The notes beneath the pieces are model-generated. The model was not told the DNA's origin and did not search any database. It was given only the letters and a program-made list of their open reading frames with translations. A stretch of 37,651 nt of DNA from contig JALDZX010000001.1 in assembly GCA_022813865.1 (NCBI GenBank), positions 806,001-843,651 on the forward strand, written 5' to 3'. The DNA comes from Xylographa opegraphella. Its lineage: Eukaryota. Of this stretch, positions 32,705-37,651 are shown in pieces. The stretch's first letter is position 1; each line of letters starts with the position of its first letter. The translations under genes and the position numbers were made by a program.

Positions 32705-35700
32705 CTAACCATAGAGGTCCTCTTCATCACTCTGCGTAGCATCCCGAAATCTGTTTTCAACAATCCCGTCTTTCGCGACCGCTTTCCCTTTGGTGCTGCC
32801 ATTCGCTGACTTATAACGTGCAGGTGTACCATAGTCATTGCTGGTTACATACACCTCTTCCTCCTCGTCATTATCTTCCGACGCCCACTGTGGAGCCTTG
32901 CCCTTGCCCTTACCTTTGTTGTTGTCTTTTGTTTTGCTACTTGTGCGAGCCTTGAACTGTGGACGGGAAATGTCGTCCGAGATGCCGTCTGGGGCCGGAG
33001 TGAGCAACATGTTATGCCGTGTTGATTGTGCCCTACTATTATCGCTACGCTCGGGTCCTTCAAAGGTTCTCCGCACTCTTTTGTAGTGCTCGAGTTCTTT
33101 GGCACTGCAAAGTCAAGATCAGCACATTGAAACAAGATTTTAGTGAGACGCTTTACCTAACACTACCTGTGAGTTCCTTGCGGGCCGCGAGAAAGTCCGT
33201 TTCAGATACTACTACAACAAGATCTTCTTGTGTGGCATAGTGGTCAAAGAAGTACGCGGTCGTTACTGGCACATCAGATAGAGCTTTGATTTTTGCATCC
33301 ACAGCTGAAGCTTGCCTTGTTATTGCCTTGAGCATTGCATCAGAGCAAAGCGCGTAGAGATCGGCTCCAGTATAAGTGAATGGTAGAGCATCAGCAATTC
33401 GACGGAGTGAGAGATCAGGGTGAAGTGTAAACTTTCGCGTCAGAGCTTCCAGAATTGTGAGCTGCTTCTCGTGAGTATCTGAAATGCCAAGATATAGCAT
33501 TTTGTCAAATCTGCCAGGACGAAGAAGAGCCTGATCCAGCAGATCAGGGCGGTTAGTCGCTCCAATGACAAAGACGCCACCGTCACTAGAGTCTCCATCG
33601 CTCATACCGTCAAGCTCAGCGAGAAGCTGACTGACGATGCGGTCCATTACGCCTCCACTGTCGCCTTGGTTACCTCTCTTCGGTGCAACCGAATCAAGCT
33701 CATCAAAGAACACGACGCATGGTCGTGCGTCTCGTGCTCTTTGAAACACCCGGCGAACATTGGCTTCCGACTCGCCAATATACATATTGAGAAGTTCCGG
33801 ACCTTTGACTGAGAAGAAGTTCAGAGAGAATTCTGTAGCTATAGCTTTGGCAAGTAGAGTCTTGCCAGTGCCGGGCGGGCCGTAGAACAAGATTCCACTG
33901 CGTTTCTTCATGCCCTTTGCAAAAAGCTCGGGGCGCTCGAGTGGAAGCTGAATAGTCTCCATAACCGCATCTTTAACATTCGAAAGTCCTCCAACATCGT
34001 CCCAGCTGACATTTGGTATTCTAGGGGCGCCTATCGAGTCTGCAAAATTCTTGCGAGCTGCCTCTACAGCAATATCAAAGTCTACCCTTGTGACACATTG
34101 AGCCGATGCTCCTCCTGCGACCAAGAGATCCCGAAGCAAGATTGGATCAGACTCGCTCTGTGGCTGTAGATCATGTGTAACCAGCTTCTCAAGACGTTCT
34201 TGCCTCGCTACATGAGCACGTTCGACAACGGCGACCAAGTCTCCTGCAACAAGTGCAGCCGTCTTAACGGCTATAGCCGCAAGATCAACATCGTGTGCTA
34301 ATCTGAGACCTTTTGTATCAACCACATCTCTGAGAATACTTTCCCTCTCACCTTCATCCGGAGCCGACATTTCGATTTCATGAGTAATGAGACTGCGGAT
34401 GCCCTCAGGTATTTTGTCGAGTTCGGTAGTGGTCACTACCAACACCCTGAGGTCATTTATGATATCTTTGAGCGCATTTGTCATCCGATCGGCCGTTAGT
34501 GTCTCGGCATGTCGAATGATGGGGATAGTATATTCGGCGCCGCAAGTAAGTGCGCGATCAACTTTGGCTCTGAACGAAGCTTCGGTTTTAAGGTCCCCAC
34601 TGCCAGCGCCATTTTCGGTAAGGATATCATATGAGTCAATCAAGAACGGATGAAGTCCAAGATCTTCGCAAGCACTAGAAGCAACGAAGGCCTTGCCAAT
34701 ATTCCTCTGCGTTGAGTGTAAAAGCAGAACGAGAGGATTTAACTTCAGGTGAAGAGCTTTAGGACTCGTGGCTGCAGCAAAGAGCTCTCGTACACGACGT
34801 CTTAAAGAGGAGACTATGGGTTTGAGCAGATGGTCCTCTGAATATACATGCATTGCATGCTGTGACGGTGTCTTGGGAAGACATCTTATGTTGTAGTAAT
34901 AATTCCAAGGGTTATTCAATGTCTGTGGAACTCTGCCTTGGTATGTACCAACTTGGTTCATGCGTGTTGTCCTTGGTTCTATCGAAGCAGCACCACCCCA
35001 GATTGCAGGGTCGATAGCCATTTGATCTCCGATGACTGGAGATGACTGGATTTGTCCAACAACATACCAAGCAACACCAGTTGTATCCAGACCAGAGTTA
35101 CAATCCGAGGTACAATCAACGAAGAGATCCTCAAGGTCTCGGTTTACTTCTGTACTGTGCCCTAACTCAGATAAAACTTTGCTAAGACCAATGTTCATCT
35201 TGATCCCTATCAAGTCATCTGTCTTCAATATACGTCGTCTAGTTTCAAAGTACAATCTGAGTCCAATTAGTAAGCCATTTTGCATAGTCCTCTCAGTCGC
35301 TAACGGAGTGAAAAGTCTCAGCAATGTGACTTCCTTTGCCACTGGGGGTATTAATGAGCTTGTGATTCTCGATTTCGTGAACTTGGTGCCGTTATGTGAT
35401 ATGGTAGACAAGACCGATAGCATCACATTCACAGGGTGCCCTAGATTTTCCAAGAGAATTGGAGAAACATATGCAACTGGTGTTGCTTTGAGCAATGCTG
35501 AGCTCCAAGAGCGGTGCTTGATACCGTTCATATTCTGAGGAGCTTGTTTGTTTCTAACAGAGACGTCGGATAGGCCATAAACTTTGAGGACCCGAAAACT
35601 CTCGGATTGGTCGTCATTTTCTTCAAATGCTTTTAGTCGAGAATAATCCTCGCTGTTGTTACTCGATTTTGATACAGTTGATACCTTGATCCAATCACCA

Positions 35701-37031
35701 GAGAAGCAGTGTAACCCGGCGAGCTGCTTGACATCTACATATATTCTCGCCTCATCATCTTCATCACTATTCGGCGAGGGGTGAAGGGAACTATCCGGAA
35801 CTTTGTTTACAAGCGGTTTGATCTCAAAACGTTTGCCACTGGCTTGGATTTTCTGACGAGCTGTTATCGCAGTATAATTTGAAATGACAGATCCTGGCGT
35901 ACTAACCCCATGATCCTTGAGGTCGATTGGCCTTGGTGTAGTTGCAGCTAGTGAAGAGTTTATTCCTGAAGTCTGTGCTAGGAGATTAGGAGCGGCCAGG
36001 GAAATGATATTATCAACAGAGTCTTCAGATTCACTCCCGTCATCCAAGCTCGAGCCATCAGAGGTGGAATTCCGGACGTTGGCGGCCTTCGTTATAGTTT
36101 GCTGTCTTTCTAAACTCGATTCATCTGTTTCTACTGCGGAGAAGAACTGCTCGGCAGAAGTATCTTCGTCATCTTCGATTATCATGTTCTTCAATATCGT
36201 ATCTCTTCTTTGCATCGTCGGCTGACGCTGGGAATATAAATCAACGACGATTTTGGTCTCACCCGATATCAAACCTTGATCCAGAGGCTCACAAAAGGTG
36301 AGCTTAGCGGGTGGGAGTGGCACATGGGTAATTGGATGAGCAGGCAGGGGCAAATGAAGAAGATCGCCTTGATGTACAACTATGGCTCCTGCCAGCGTAG
36401 CCCGAATGGCTGCCTTGAGGCGATCCTCTTGAGGGAGTTTACCCCAGTGTCCCGGTTGCCCATGCGAGGATGATCTGTCTTGCTCCTTCCCATTGCCAAC
36501 ATTTCCACTTGTATTCTGGGTTTGGAATCCTCCTCCAAATTTCCTCTGTATTTCATCGTGTTTGTGAAGAGAATCCGCATCAACCCTGACACATATGGTG
36601 TCCAAAATCAAAGGTTGTACCTCTAACACCAGGATCTCAAATCCGTTCTTCGGCTTTATACTGTCCCTGTTGACTCGGATACACGCCGCAAAGCGTTGAA
36701 GAGAGGGCGAAGCACTTGGGAATCGTACCGAAGGATTTTCACTGATACGTTCGGAGCGTAGCTTTACCGGCAAGATGGTCCAGACACATTCTTGGACAAC
36801 TGCTGATGTAGCCGGTCGCCAGGGTGTGATCGCGACGTAATGCACATCGTCCTGTTTTGATGAATGCCCAAATAGACTTTTGAAGAGCTGTTCCGAAATG
36901 GTCCCAACGTTGCCTTGTGTGTGCACATCTAAGGCGAGCTTAGCGGATATGGGCAGGTCCCATTGTCGCCGCCGTCGCCCCCGTCTCCCCCGTCTCTTCC
37001 GATGTTCAGCCGTCGCTTCATTTGTAGACAT
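32705..37031 (-). CDS. PEX6: Peroxisomal biogenesis AAA+ ATPase Pex6
   Basis: Exons 37031-33157 and 33104-32705, intron 33156-33105 (GTAAAG..CAG). Degenerate D1 (STQRNIGK) and intact D2: IPNVSWDDVGGL, GPPGTGKT, KGPELLNMYIGESEANVR, FFDELD, GDSGGVMDRIVSQLLAELDG, LLRPGRFD and YTGADLYALCSDAML. Confidence 0.96.
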
Positions 37032-37651
37032 ATCTCTTCGGCCTCTGTAATCGGCCGTCGGTACTCATCGAGAGGACTCGGTCGACATGTTAACGGAGAT
37101 GGATATGTGATTGTTGTATGCCGGCATACGACTCACCGGCACAATGCCGAGGTTGTCATCAAGAACGTGTCTTATAGGATTTGTAAGATGGGAGGAGTAA
37201 AAAAGTATGTTTTGCATCTTATACTTTTGCAGAACTGCACATACGAAACGGATCCCCCAATGTATCTCTGAACTGAAGTTCTGATCCGTGATAGCATCAT
37301 AGTGTGAATGCTGGCGCGTGGTGCCGAGTTAGCGATCGCGTGTAATCCTCTGTAAAAGTCCGCCCCAAGGGATAATTGCGGGGGAAGAGGGGGAGGCGTT
37401 CACAGCAGTGCGCGATGCCATGTGGAAACGCAGATTGACAAAAATGAATCGTATCATGTATGCGGCCATCACTAAGTACCTTAGCTATCTTACCTCCCGG
37501 TACCTACCTTATGCAGCCACATCCCTTCAGAGCAGGCAACCCGTCAACCTTTCACATGTCCACGGTCCCATGTTTACTACGGTATCCTACCTTAAGGGCG
37601 CTTGGGGGGTAGCGTACATGGTCTCGGGATGGTCCCAGAATCCTTGTCGAA

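Noticed and set aside
30966..37031. PhyH-like gene next to PEX6 as a peroxisomal functional cluster
   Set aside because: The dioxygenase ends in ELTA, not a PTS1, and no PTS2 is evident; adjacency alone is not evidence.
37260..37651. GC-rich, possibly structured stretch upstream of PEX6 considered as tRNA, RNase MRP or snoRNA
   Set aside because: No tRNA cloverleaf or T-loop and no complete conserved ncRNA motifs; consistent with promoter DNA. An Rfam scan would settle it.
1..37651. CRISPR arrays, intact transposons, rRNA and a telomerase RNA template
   Set aside because: No regularly spaced direct repeats, no transposase/RT/integrase motifs, no LTR/TIR pairs, no rRNA signatures and no TAACCCTAA template found by eye.

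Overview
Gene-dense genomic DNA from a filamentous ascomycete (Pezizomycotina), judged from short 48-95 nt spliceosomal introns with CTRAY-type branch sites and from the gene families. Recognisable genes, left to right: a HET-domain gene followed by a decayed second HET-like copy, RanGAP (RNA1), exocyst SEC10, NUS1, an uncharacterised single-pass membrane protein, an S53 sedolisin/tripeptidyl peptidase, an RBR/IBR E3-ligase-like gene, a disrupted hypothetical gene, a small GPI-like protein, a heme-thiolate peroxidase, a PHO84-type phosphate transporter (7 exons, one GC-AG intron, Pho4-type boxes upstream), a Pro/Arg/Glu-rich protein, a PhyH-like Fe(II)/2OG dioxygenase and PEX6. I could not support any rRNA, tRNA, CRISPR array or intact transposon. 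The most notable observations are: (i) repeated local islands where the + strand flips from C-rich to G-rich around a CpG-rich core, extending beyond coding sequence; (ii) conserved Trp codons converted to TAG, including a TAGTAG in the HET relic; (iii) a receptor-like membrane protein with about 14 degenerate basic R-x-T repeats in its tail and no in-frame ATG before its Cys-rich domain. All calls come from reading the sequence and recalling family motifs; no database searches or computations were run.
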